A stretch of 64,000 nucleotides of DNA from Eledone cirrhosa (Eukaryota): the NCBI GenBank assembly GCA_964016885.1, contig OZ024740.1:407278001-407342000 (forward strand), read 5' to 3'. The notes below the pieces were generated by a model that was not told the origin of the DNA, did no database searches, and saw only the letters and a list, made by a program, of their open reading frames with translations. A program made the position numbers and the translations under genes. Numbering within the stretch: the first letter of the stretch is position 1; every line of letters starts with the position of its first letter. This document shows, one piece after another, positions 13,777-28,319 of this stretch.

Positions 13777-16700
13777 TAGCAATGTGGCCCACTGACAAGA
13801 CACTACATAGCAATGTGGCTCACCGACAAGACACTGAATAGCAATGTGGCCCACTGACAAGACACTACATAGCAATGTGGCTCACTGACAAGACACTGAA
13901 TAGCAATGTGGCCCACTGACAAGACACTGAATAGCAATGTTGCCCACTGACAAGACACTATATAGCAATGTGGCCCACTAACAAGACACTGAATAGCAAT
14001 GTGGCCCACTGACAAGACACTACATAACAATGTGGCCCACTGACAAGACACTGAATAGCAATGTGGCCCACTGACAAGACAATGAATAGCAATGTGTCTC
14101 ACTGACAAGACACTACATAGCAATGTGGCCCACTGACAAGACACTGAATAGCAATGTGGCCCACTGACAAGACACTGAATAGCAATGTGGCCCACTGACA
14201 AGACACTGAATAGCAATGTGGCCCACTAACAAGACACTACATAGCAATGTGGCTCACTGACAAGACACTGAATAGCAATGTGGCCCACTGACAAGACACT
14301 ACATAGCAATATGGCCCACTGACAAGACACTACATAGCAATGTGGCCCACTAACAAGACACTACATAGCAATGTGACCCACTGACAAGACACTGAATAGC
14401 AATGTGGGTTACTGACGAGACACTGAATAGCAATGTGGCCCACTGACAAGACACTACCTAGCAATGTGGCCCACTGACAAGACATTGAATAGCAATAGTG
14501 GCTCACTGACAAGACACTGAATAACAATGTGGCCCACTGACAAGACACTGAATAGCAATGTGGCCCACTGACAAGACACTGAATAGCAATGTGGCCCACT
14601 GACAAGACACTACATAGCAATGTGGCCCACTGACAAGACACTGAATAGCAATGTGGCCCACTTACAAGACACTGAATAGCAATGTGGCCCACTGATAAGA
14701 CACTGAATAGCAATGTGGCCCACTGACAAGACACTGAATAGCAATGTGGCACACTGACAAGACTCTGCATAGCAATGTGGCCCACTGACAAAACACTACA
14801 TAGGAATGTGGCCCACTGACAAGACTCTGCATAGCAATGTGGCCCACTGACAAGACACTACATAGCAATGTGGCCCACTGACAAGATGTTGAATAGCAAT
14901 GTGGCCCACTGACAAGACACTACAGAGCAATGTGGCCCACTGACAAGATCCTGAATAGCAATGTGGCCCACTGACAAGAGACTACATAGCAATGTGGCCC
15001 ACTGACAAGACACTACAGAGCAATGTGGCCCACTGACAAGACACTGAATAGCAATGTGGCCCACTGACAAGACACTACATAGCAATGTGGCTCACCGACA
15101 AGACACTGAATAGCAATGTGGCCCACTGACAAGACACTACATAGCAATGTGGCTCACTGACAAGACACTGAATAGCAATGTGGCCCACTGACAAGACACT
15201 GAATAGCAATGTTGCCCACTGACAAGGCACTACATAGCAATGTGGCTCACTGACAAGACACTGAATAGCAATGTGACAGACTGACAAGACACTGAATAGC
15301 AATGTGGCCCACTGACAAGACACTGAATAGCAATGTGGCCCAGTGACAAGACACTACATAGCAATGTGGCTCACTGACAAGACACTGAATAGTATTGTGG
15401 CTCACTGACAAGATACTACATAGCAATGTGGCCGAGAGACAAGACACTGAATAGCAATGTGGCCCACAGACAAGGCACTGAATAGCAATGTGGCCCACTG
15501 ACAAGACACTGAATAGCAATGTGACAGACTGACAAGACACTGAATAGCAATGTGACAGACTGACAAGACACTGAATAGCAATGTGGCCCACTGACAAGAC
15601 ACTACATAGCAATGTGGCCCACTGACAAGACACTGAATAGCAATGTGGCCCACTGACAAGACACTACATAGCAATATGGCCCACTGACAAGACACTACAT
15701 AGCAATGTGGCCCACTAACAAGACACTACATAGCAATGTGACCCACTGACAAGACACTGAATAGCAATGTGGGTTACTGACGAGACACTGAATAGCAATG
15801 TGGCCCACTGACAAGACAATACCTAGCAATGTGGCCCACTGACAAGACACTACATAGCAATGTGGCTCACCGACAAGACACTGAATAGCAATGTGGCCCA
15901 CTGACAAGACACTACATAGCAATGTGGCTCACTGACAAGACACTGAATAGCAATGTGGCCCACTGACAAGACACTGAATAGCAATGTTGCCCACTGACAA
16001 GACACTATATAGCAATGTGGCCCACTGACAAGACACTGAATAGCAATGTGGCCCACTGACAAGACACTACATAACAATGTGGCCCACTGACAAGACACTG
16101 AATAGCAATGTGGCCCACTGACAAGACAATGAATAGCAATGTGTCTCACTGACAAGACACTACATAGCAATGTGGCCCACTGACAAGACACTGAATAGCA
16201 ATGTGGCCCACTGACAAGACACTGAATAGCAATGTGGCCCACTGACAAGACACTGAATAGCAATGTGGCCCACTAACAAGACACTACATAGCAATGTGGC
16301 TCACTGACAAGACACTGAATAGCAATGTGGCCCACTGACAAGACACTACATAGCAATATGGCCCACTGACAAGACACTACATAGCAATGTGGCCCACTAA
16401 CAAGACACTACATAGCAATGTGACCCACTGACAAGACACTGAATAGCAATGTGGGTTACTGACGAGACACTGAATAGCAATGTGGCCCACTGACAAGACA
16501 CTGAATAACAATGTGGCCCACTGACAAGACACTGAATAGCAATGTGGCCCACTGACAAGACACTGAATAGCAATGTGGCCCACTGACAAGACACTACATA
16601 GCAATGTGGCCCACTGACAAGACACTGAATAGCAATGTGGCCCACTTACAAGACACTGAATAGCAATGTGGCCCACTGATAAGACACTGAATAGCAATGT

Positions 16701-17834
16701 GGCCCACTGACAAGACACTGAATAGCAATGTGGCACACTGACAAGACTCTGCATAGCAATGTGGCCCACTGACAAAACACTACATAGGAATGTGGCCCAC
16801 TGACAAGACTCTGCATAGCAATGTGGCCCACTGACAAGACACTACATAGCAATGTGGCCCACTGACAAGATGTTGAATAGCAATGTGGCCCACTGACAAG
16901 ACACTACAGAGCAATGTGGCCCACTGACAAGATCCTGAATAGCAATGTGGCCCACTGACAAGACACTACATAGCAATGTGGCCCACTGACAAGACACTAC
17001 AGAGCAATGTGGCCCACTGACAAGACACTGAATAGCAATGTGGCCCACTGACAAGACACTACATAGCAATGTGGCTCACCGACAAGACACTGAATAGCAA
17101 TGTGGCCCACTGACAAGACACTACATAGCAATGTGGCTCACTGACAAGACACTGAATAGCAATGTGGCCCACTGACAAGACACTGAATAGCAATGTTGCC
17201 CACTGACAAGGCACTACATAGCAATGTGGCTCACTGACAAGACACTGAATAGCAATGTGACAGACTGACAAGACACTGAATAGCAATGTGGCCCACTGAC
17301 AAGACACTGAATAGCAATGTGGCCCAGTGACAAGACACTACATAGCAATGTGGCTCACTGACAAGACACTGAATAGTATTGTGGCTCACTGACAAGATAC
17401 TACATAGCAATGTGGCCGAGAGACAAGACACTGAATAGCAATGTGGCCCACAGACAAGGCACTGAATAGCAATGTGGCCCACTGACAAGACACTGAATAG
17501 CAATGTGACAGACTGACAAGACACTGAATAGCAATGTGACAGACTGACAAGACACTGAATAGCAATGTGGCCCACTGACAAGACACTACATAGCAATGTG
17601 GCCCACTGACAAGACACTGAATAGCAATGTGGCCCACTGACAAGACACTACATAGCAATATGGCCCACTGACAAGACACTACATAGCAATGTGGCCCACT
17701 AACAAGACACTACATAGCAATGTGACCCACTGACAAGACACTGAATAGCAATGTGGGTTACTGACGAGACACTGAATAGCAATGTGGCCCACTGACAAGA
17801 CAATACCTAGCAATGTGGCCCACTGACAAGACAT
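13777..17834 (+). repeat. Tandem duplication, about 2.0-kb unit (offset 2047, then 1984 after a 63-bp two-monomer loss in copy 2)
   Basis: ORF pairs 13803/15850 and 14330/16377 differ by 2047. Pairs 14662/16646, 15247/17231 and 15695/17679 differ by 1984 (64x31). Shared local variants include cataggaatg, aagatcctg, agtattgtgg and gacaatacct. Confidence 0.9.
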
Positions 17835-20350
17835 TGAATAGAAATAGTGGCTCACTAACAAGACACTGAACAACAATGTGGCCCACTGACAAGACACTGA
17901 ATAGCAATGTGGCCCACTGACAAGACACTGAATAGCAATGTGGCCCACTGACAAGACACTACATAGCAATGTGGCCCACTGACAAGACACTGAATAGCAA
18001 TGTGGCCCACTTACAAGACACTGAATAGCAATGTGGCCCACTGATAAGACACTGAATAGCAATGTGGCCCACTGACAAGACACTGAATAGCAATGTGGCA
18101 CACTGACAAGACTCTGCATAGCAATGTGGCCCACTGACAAAACACTACATAGGAATGTGGCCCACTGACAAGACTCTGCATAGCAATGTGGCCCACTGAC
18201 AAGACACTACATAGCAATGTGGCCCACTGACAAGACACTACAGAGCAATGTGGCCCACTGACAAGATCCTGAATAGCAATGTGGCCCACTGACAAGACAC
18301 TACATAGCAATGTGTCCCACTGACAAGACATTGAATAGCAATGTGGCCCACTGACAAGACACTGAATAGCAATGTGGCCCACTGACAAGACACTGAATAG
18401 CAATGTGTCTCACTGACAAGACACTACATAGCAATGTGGCCCACTGACAAGACACTGAATAGCAATGTGGCCCACTGACAAGACACTGAATAGCAATGTG
18501 TCCCACTGACAAGACACTGAATAGCAATGTGGCTCACTGACAAGATACTACATAGCAACGTGGCCGAGAGACAAGACACTGAATAGCAATGTGACAGACT
18601 GACAAGACACTGAATAGCAATGTGACAGACTGACAAGACACTGAATAGCAATGTGGCCCACTGACAAGACACTGAATAGCAATGTGGCCCACTGACAAGA
18701 CACTGAATTGCAATGTGGCCCACTGACAAGACACTGAACAGCAATGTGGCCCACTGACAAGTCACTACATAGCAATGTGGCCCACTGACAAGACACTGAA
18801 TAGAAATGTGGCCCACTTACAAGACACTGAATAGCAATGTGGCCCACTGACAAAACACTACATAGCAATGTGGCCCACTGAGAAGACACTACATAGCAAT
18901 GTGGCCCACTGACAAGACACTACATAGCAATGTGGCCCACTGATAAGACACTGAATAGCAATGTGGCCCACTGACAAGACACTGAATAGCAATGTGGCCC
19001 ACTGACAAAACGCTACATAGCAATGTGGCCCACTGACAAGACACTACATAGCAATGTGGCTCACTGACAAGACACTGAATAGCAATGTGACAGACTGACA
19101 AGACACTGAATAGCAATGTGACAGACTGACAAGACACTGAAAAGCAATGTGGCCCACTGACAAGACACTACATAGCAATGTGGCCCACTGACAAGACACT
19201 GAATAGCAATGTGGCCCACTGACAAGACACTACATAGCAATGTGGCTCACTGACAAGACACTACATAGCAATGTGGCCCACTGACAAGACACTGAATAGC
19301 AATGTGGCCCACTGACAAGACACTACATAGCAATGTGGCCCACTGACAAGACACTGAATAGCAATGTGGCCCACTGACAAGACACTACATAGCAATGTGG
19401 CTCACTGACAAGACACTACATAGCAATGTGACCCACTGACAAGACACTGAATAGCAATGTGGCCCACTGACAAGACACTACATAGCAATGTGGCTCACTG
19501 ACAAGACACTGAATAGCAATGTGGCCCACTGACAAGACACTGAATAGCAATGTTGCCCACTGACAAGACACTACATAGCAATGTGGCCCACTGACAAGAC
19601 ACTGAATAGCAATGTGACAGACTGACAAGACACTGAATAGCAATGTGGCCCACTGACAAGACACTGAATAGCAATGTGGCCCAGTGACAAGACACTACAT
19701 AGCAATGTGGCTCACTGACAAGACACTGAATAGCATTGTGGCTCACTGACAAGATACTACATAGCAATGTGGCCGAGAGACAAGACACTGAATAGCAATG
19801 TGGCCCACAGACAAGGCACTGAATAGCAATGTGGCCCACTGACAAGACACTGAATAGCAATGTGGCCCACTGACAAGACACTGAATAGCAATGTGGCCCA
19901 CTGACAAGACACTACATAGCAATGTGACCCACTGACGAGACACTGAATAGCAATGTGGCCCACTGACAAGACACTACCTAGCAATGTGGCCCACTGACAA
20001 GACATTGAATAGCAATAGTGGCTCACTGACAAGACACTGAATAACAATGTGGCCCACTGACAAGACACTGAATAGCAATGTGGCCCACTGACAAGACACT
20101 GAATAGCAATGTGGCCCACTGACAAGACACTACATAGCAATGTGGCCCACTGACAAGACACTGAATAGCAATGTGGCCCACTTACAAGACACTGAATAGC
20201 AATGTGGCCCACTGATAAGACACTGAATAGCAATGTGGCCCACTGACAAGACACTGAATAGCAATGTGGCACACTGACAAGACTCTGCATAGCAATGTGG
20301 CCCAGTGACAAGACACTACATAGCAATGTGGCCCACTGACAAGATGTTGA

Positions 20351-23300
20351 ATAGCAATGTGGCCCACTGACAAGACACTACATAGCAATGTGGCCCACTG
20401 ACAAGATGTTGAATAGCAATGTGGCCCACTGACAAGACACTACAGAGCAATGTGGCCCACTGACAAGATGCTGAATAGCAATGTGGCCCACTGACAATAC
20501 ACTACATAGCAATGTGTCCCACTGACAAGACATTGAATAGCAATGTGGCCCACTGACAAGACACTACATAACAATGTGGCCCACTGACAAGACACTGAAT
20601 AGCAATGTGGCCCACTGACAAGACACTGAATAGCAATGTGTCTCACTGACAAGACACTACATAGCAATGTGGCCCACTGACAAGACACTGAATAGCAATG
20701 TGGCCCACTGACAAGACACTGAATAGCAATGTGGCCCACTGACAAGACACTGAATAGCAATGTGGCCCACTAACAAGACACTACATAGCAATGTGGCTCA
20801 CTGACAAGACACTGAATAGCAATGTGACACACTGACAAGACACTGAATAGCAATGTGTCCCACTGACAAGACACTGAATAGCAATGTGGCTCACTGACAA
20901 GATACTACATAGCAACGTGGCCGAGAGACAAGACACTGAATAGCAATGTGACAGACTGACAAGACACTGAATAGCAATGTGACAGACTGACAAGACACTG
21001 AATAGCAATGTGGCCCACTGACAAGACACTGAATAGCAATGTGGCCCACTGACAAGACACTGAATAGCAATGTGGCCCACTGACAAGACACTGAATAGCA
21101 ATGTGGCCCACTGACAAGTCACTACATAGCAATGTGGCCCACTGACAAGACACTGAATAGAAATGTGGCCCACTTACAAGACACTGAATAGCAATGTGGC
21201 CCACTGACAAAACACTACATAGCAATGTGGCCCACTGACAAGACACTACATAGCAATGTGGCCCACTGACAAGACACTACATAGCAATGTGGCCCACTTA
21301 TAAGACACTGAATAGCAATGTGGCCCACTGACAAGACACTGAATAGTAATGTGGCCCACTGACAAAACACTACATAGCAATGTGGCCCACTGACAAGACA
21401 CTACATAGCAATGTGGCCCACTGACAAGACACTACATAGCAATGTGGCCCACTGATAAGACACTGAATAGCAATGTGGCCCACTGACAAGACACTGAATA
21501 GCAATGTGGCCCACTGACAAGACTCTGCATAGCAATGTGGCCCACTGACAAAACACTACATAGCAATGTGGCTCACTGACAAGACACTGAATAGCAATGT
21601 GACAGACTGACAAGACACTGAATAGCAATGTGACAGACTGACAAGACACTGAATAGCAATGTGGCCCACTGACAAGACACTACATAGCAATGTGGCCCAC
21701 TGACAAGACACTACATAGCAATGTGGCCCACTGACAAGACACTGAATAGCAATGTGGCCCACTGACAAGACACTACATAGCAATGTGGCTCACTGACAAG
21801 ACACTACATAGCAATGTGGCCCACTGACAAGACACTGAATAGCAATGTGGCCCACTGACAAGACACTACATAGCAATGTGGCCCACTGACAAGACACAAC
21901 ATAGCAATGTGGCCCACTGACAAGACACTACATAGCAATGTGGCCCACTGGCAAGACACTGAATAGCAATGTGGCCCACTGACAAGACACTACATAGCAA
22001 TGTGGCTCACTGACGAGACACTGAATAGCAATGTGGCCCACTGACAAGACACTACATAGCAATGTGGCCCACTGACAAGACACTGAATAGCAATGTTGCC
22101 CACTGACAAGACACTACATAGCAATGTGGCCCACTGACAAGACACTACATAGCAATGTGGCCCACTGACAAGACACTGAATAGCAATGTGGCCCACTGAC
22201 AAGACACTACATAGCAATGTGACAGACAGACAAGACACTGAATAGCAATGTGGCCCACTGACAAGACACTACATAGCAATGTGGCTCACTGACAAGACAC
22301 TGAATAGCAATGTGACAGACTGACAAGACACTGAATAGCAATGTAGCCCACTGACAAGACACTGAATAGCAATGTGGCCCACTGACAAGACACTACATAG
22401 CAATGTGGCTCACTGACAAGACACTGAATAGCATTGTGGCTCACTGACAAGATACTACATAGCAATGTGGCCGAGAGACAAGACACTGAATAGCAATGTG
22501 GCCCACTGACAAAACACTACATAGCAATGTGGCCCACTGACAAGACACAACATAGCAATGTGGCCCACTGACAAGACACTACATAGCAATATGACCCACT
22601 GACAAGACACTACATAGCAATGTGGCCCACTAACAAGACACTACATGGCAATGTGACCCACTGACAAGACACTGAATAGCAATGTGGGTTACTGACGAGA
22701 CACTGAATAGCAATGTGGCCCACTGACAAGACACTACCTAGCAATGTGGCCCACTGACAAGACACTACATAGCAATGTGTCCCACTGACAAGACATTGAA
22801 TAGCAATGTGGCCCACTGACAAGACACTACATAACAATGTGGCCCACTGACAAGACACTGAATAGCAATGTGTCCCACTGACAAGACACTGAATAGCAAT
22901 GTGGCCCACTGACAAGACACTGAATAGCAATGTGGCCCACTGACAAGACACTGAATAGCAATGTGGCCCACTGACAAGTCACTACATAGCAATGTGGCCC
23001 ACTGACAAGACACTGAATAGAAATGTGGCCCACTTACAAGACACTGAATAGCAATGTGGCCCACTGACAAAACACTACATAGCAATGTGGCCCACTGACA
23101 AGACACTACATAGCAATGTGGCCCACTGACAAGATGTTGAATAGCAATGTGGCCCACTGACAAGACACTACAGAGCAATGTGGCCCACTGACAAGATGCT
23201 GAATAGCAATGTGGCCCACTGACAATACACTACATAGCAATGTGTCCCACTGACAAGACATTGAATAGCAATGTGGCCCACTGACAAGACACTACATAAC

Positions 23301-25862
23301 AATGTGGCCCACTGACAAGACACTGAATAGCAATGTGGCCCACTGACAAGACACTGAATAGCAATGTGTCTCACTGACAAGACACTACATAGCAATGTGG
23401 CCCACTGACAAGACACTGAATAGCAATGTGGCCCACTGACAAGACACTGAATAGCAATGTGGCCCACTGACAAGACACTGAATAGCAATGTGGCCCACTA
23501 ACAAGACACTACATAGCAATGTGGCTCACTGACAAGACACTGAATAGCAATGTGACACACTGACAAGACACTGAATAGCAATGTGTCCCACTGACAAGAC
23601 ACTGAATAGCAATGTGGCTCACTGACAAGATACTACATAGCAACGTGGCCGAGAGACAAGACACTGAATAGCAATGTGACAGACTGACAAGACACTGAAT
23701 AGCAATGTGACAGACTGACAAGACACTGAATAGCAATGTGGCCCACTGACAAGACACTGAATAGCAATGTGGCCCACTGACAAGACACTGAATAGCAATG
23801 TGGCCCACTGACAAGACACTGAATAGCAATGTGGCCCACTGACAAGTCACTACATAGCAATGTGGCCCACTGACAAGACACTGAATAGAAATGTGGCCCA
23901 CTTACAAGACACTGAATAGCAATGTGGCCCACTGACAAAACACTACATAGCAATGTGGCCCACTGACAAGACACTACATAGCAATGTGGCCCACTGACAA
24001 GACACTACATAGCAATGTGGCCCACTTATAAGACACTGAATAGCAATGTGGCCCACTGACAAGACACTGAATAGTAATGTGGCCCACTGACAAAACACTA
24101 CATAGCAATGTGGCCCACTGACAAGACACTACATAGCAATGTGGCCCACTGACAAGACACTACATAGCAATGTGGCCCACTGATAAGACACTGAATAGCA
24201 ATGTGGCCCACTGACAAGACACTGAATAGCAATGTGGCCCACTGACAAGACTCTGCATAGCAATGTGGCCCACTGACAAAACACTACATAGCAATGTGGC
24301 TCACTGACAAGACACTGAATAGCAATGTGACAGACTGACAAGACACTGAATAGCAATGTGACAGACTGACAAGACACTGAATAGCAATGTGGCCCACTGA
24401 CAAGACACTACATAGCAATGTGGCCCACTGACAAGACACTACATAGCAATGTGGCCCACTGACAAGACACTGAATAGCAATGTGGCCCACTGACAAGACA
24501 CTACATAGCAATGTGGCTCACTGACAAGACACTACATAGCAATGTGGCCCACTGACAAGACACTGAATAGCAATGTGGCCCACTGACAAGACACTACATA
24601 GCAATGTGGCCCACTGACAAGACACAACATAGCAATGTGGCCCACTGACAAGACACTACATAGCAATGTGGCCCACTGGCAAGACACTGAATAGCAATGT
24701 GGCCCACTGACAAGACACTACATAGCAATGTGGCTCACTGACGAGACACTGAATAGCAATGTGGCCCACTGACAAGACACTACATAGCAATGTGGCCCAC
24801 TGACAAGACACTGAATAGCAATGTTGCCCACTGACAAGACACTACATAGCAATGTGGCCCACTGACAAGACACTACATAGCAATGTGGCCCACTGACAAG
24901 ACACTGAATAGCAATGTGGCCCACTGACAAGACACTACATAGCAATGTGACAGACAGACAAGACACTGAATAGCAATGTGGCCCACTGACAAGACACTAC
25001 ATAGCAATGTGGCTCACTGACAAGACACTGAATAGCAATGTGACAGACTGACAAGACACTGAATAGCAATGTAGCCCACTGACAAGACACTGAATAGCAA
25101 TGTGGCCCACTGACAAGACACTACATAGCAATGTGGCTCACTGACAAGACACTGAATAGCATTGTGGCTCACTGACAAGATACTACATAGCAATGTGGCC
25201 GAGAGACAAGACACTGAATAGCAATGTGGCCCACTGACAAAACACTACATAGCAATGTGGCCCACTGACAAGACACAACATAGCAATGTGGCCCACTGAC
25301 AAGACACTACATAGCAATATGACCCACTGACAAGACACTACATAGCAATGTGGCCCACTAACAAGACACTACATGGCAATGTGACCCACTGACAAGACAC
25401 TGAATAGCAATGTGGGTTACTGACGAGACACTGAATAGCAATGTGGCCCACTGACAAGACACTACCTAGCAATGTGGCCCACTGACAAGACACTACATAG
25501 CAATGTGTCCCACTGACAAGACATTGAATAGCAATGTGGCCCACTGACAAGACACTACATAACAATGTGGCCCACTGACAAGACACTGAATAGCAATGTG
25601 TCCCACTGACAAGACACTGAATAGCAATGTGGCCCACTGACAAGACACTGAATAGCAATGTGGCCCACTGACAAGACACTGAATAGCAATGTGGCCCACT
25701 GACAAGTCACTACATAGCAATGTGGCCCACTGACAAGACACTGAATAGAAATGTGGCCCACTTACAAGACACTGAATAGCAATGTGGCCCACTGACAAAA
25801 CACTACATAGCAATGTGGCCCACTGACAAGACACTACATAGCAATGTGGCCCACTGACAAGA
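20351..25862 (+). repeat. Tandem duplication, 2728-bp unit (88 monomers): about 20351-23078 and 23079-25862
   Basis: ORF pairs 20440/23168, 21401/24129, 21990/24718 and 22610/25338 differ by 2728. Shared local variants are gacaatacac (20493/23221), cacttataag (~21295/24023) and ctacatggca (22641/25369). Confidence 0.93.
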
Positions 25863-28319
25863 CACTACATAGCAATGTGGCCCACTGATAAGACACTGAA
25901 TAGCAATGTGGCCCACTGACAAGACACTGAATAGCAATGTGGCCCACTGACAAAACACTACATAGCAATGTGGCCCACTGACAAGACACTACATAGCAAT
26001 GTGGCTCACTGACAAGACACTGAATAGCAATGTGACAGACTGACAAGACACTGAATAGCAATGTGACAGACTGACAAGACACTGAAAAGCAATGTGGCCC
26101 ACTGACAAGACACTACATAGCAATGTGGCCCACTGACAAGACACTGAATAGCAATGTGGCCCACTGACAAGACACTACATAGCAATGTGGCTCACTGACA
26201 AGACACTACATAGCAATGTGGCCCACTGACAAGACACTGAATAGCAATGTGGCCCACTGACAAGACACTACATAGCAATGTGGCCCACTGACAAGACACT
26301 GAATAGCAATGTGGCCCACTGACAAGACACTACATAGCAATGTGGCTCACTGACAAGACACTACATAGCAATGTGGCCCACTGACAAGACACTGAATAGC
26401 AATGTGGCCCACTGACAAGACACAACATAGCAATGTGGCCCACTGACAAGACACTACATAGCAATGTGGCCCACTGACAAGACACTGAATAGCAATGTGG
26501 CCCACTGACAAGACACTACATAGCAATGTGGCTCACCGACAAGACACTGAATAGCAATGTGGCCCACTGACAAGACACTACATAGCAATGTGGCTCACTG
26601 ACAAGACACTGAATAGCAATGTGGCCCACTGACAAGACACTGAATAGCAATGTTGCCCACTGACAAGACACTATATAGCAATGTGGCCCACTGACAAGAC
26701 ACTGAATAGCAATGTGACAGACTGACAAGACACTGAATAGCAATGTGGCCCACTGACAAGACACTGAATAGCAATGTGGCCCAGTGACAAGACACTACAT
26801 AGCAATGAGCGTCACTGACAAGACACTGAATAGCATTGTGGCTCACTGACAAGATACTACATAGCAATGTGGCCGAGAGACAAGACACTGAATAGCAATG
26901 TGGCCCACAGACAAGGCACTGAATAGCAATGTGGCCCACTGACAAGACACTGAATAGCAATGTAGCCCACTGACAAGACACTACATAGCAATATGGCCCA
27001 CTGACAAGACACTACATAGCAATGTGGCCCACTAACAAGACACTACATAGCAATGTGGCCCACTGACAAGACACTGAATAGCAATGTGGCCCACTTACAA
27101 GACACTGAATAGCAATGTGGCCCACTGATAAGACACTGAATAGCAATGTGGCCCACTGACAAAACACTACATAGCAATGTGGCCCACTGACAAGACTCTG
27201 CATAGCAATGTGGCCCACTGACAAGACACTACATAGCAATGTGGCCCACTGACAAGATGTTGAATAGCATTGTGGCTCACTGACAAGATACTACATAGCA
27301 ATGTGGCCGAGAGACAAGACACTGAATAGCAATGTGGCCCACAGACAAGACACTGAATAGCAATGTGGGTTACTGACGAGACACTGAATAGCAATGTGGC
27401 CCACTGACAAGACACTACCTAGCAATGTGGCCCACTGACAAGACATTGAATAGCAATAGTGGCTCACTGACAAGACACTGAATAACAATGTGGCCCACTG
27501 ACAAGACACTGAATAGCAATGTGGCCCACTGACAAGACACTGAATAGCAATGTGGCCCACTGACAAGACACTACATAGCAATGTGGCCCACTGACAAGAC
27601 ACTGAATAGCAATGTGGCCCACTTACAAGACACTGAATAGCAATGTGGCCCACTGATAAGACACTGAATAGCAATGTGGCCCACTGACAAGACACTGAAT
27701 AGCAATGTGGCACACTGACAAGACTCTGCATAGCAATGTGGCCCACTGACAAAACACTACATAGCAATGTGGCCCACTGACAAGACTCTGCATAGCAATG
27801 TGGCCCACTGACAAGACACTACATAGCAATGTGGCCCACTGACAAGATGTTGAATAGCAATGTGGCCCACTGACAAGACACTACATAGCAATGTGGCCCA
27901 CTGACAAGATGTTGAATAGCAATGTGGCCCACTGACAAGACACTACAGAGCAATGTGGCCCACTGACAAGATGCTGAATAGCAATGTGGCCCACTGACAA
28001 GACACTACATAGCAATGTGTCCCACTGACAAGACATTGAATAGCAATGTGGCCCACTGACAAGACACTACATAACAATGTGGCCCACTGACAAGACACTG
28101 AATAGCAATGTGGCCCACTGACAAGACACTGAATAGCAATGTGTCTCACTGACAAGACACTACATAGCAATGTGGCCCACTGACAAGACACTGAATAGCA
28201 ATGTGGCCCACTGACAAGACACTGAATAGCAATGTGGCCCACTGACAAGACACTGAATAGCAATGTGGCCCACTAACAAGACACTACATAGCAATGTGGC
28301 TCACTGACAGGACACTGAA

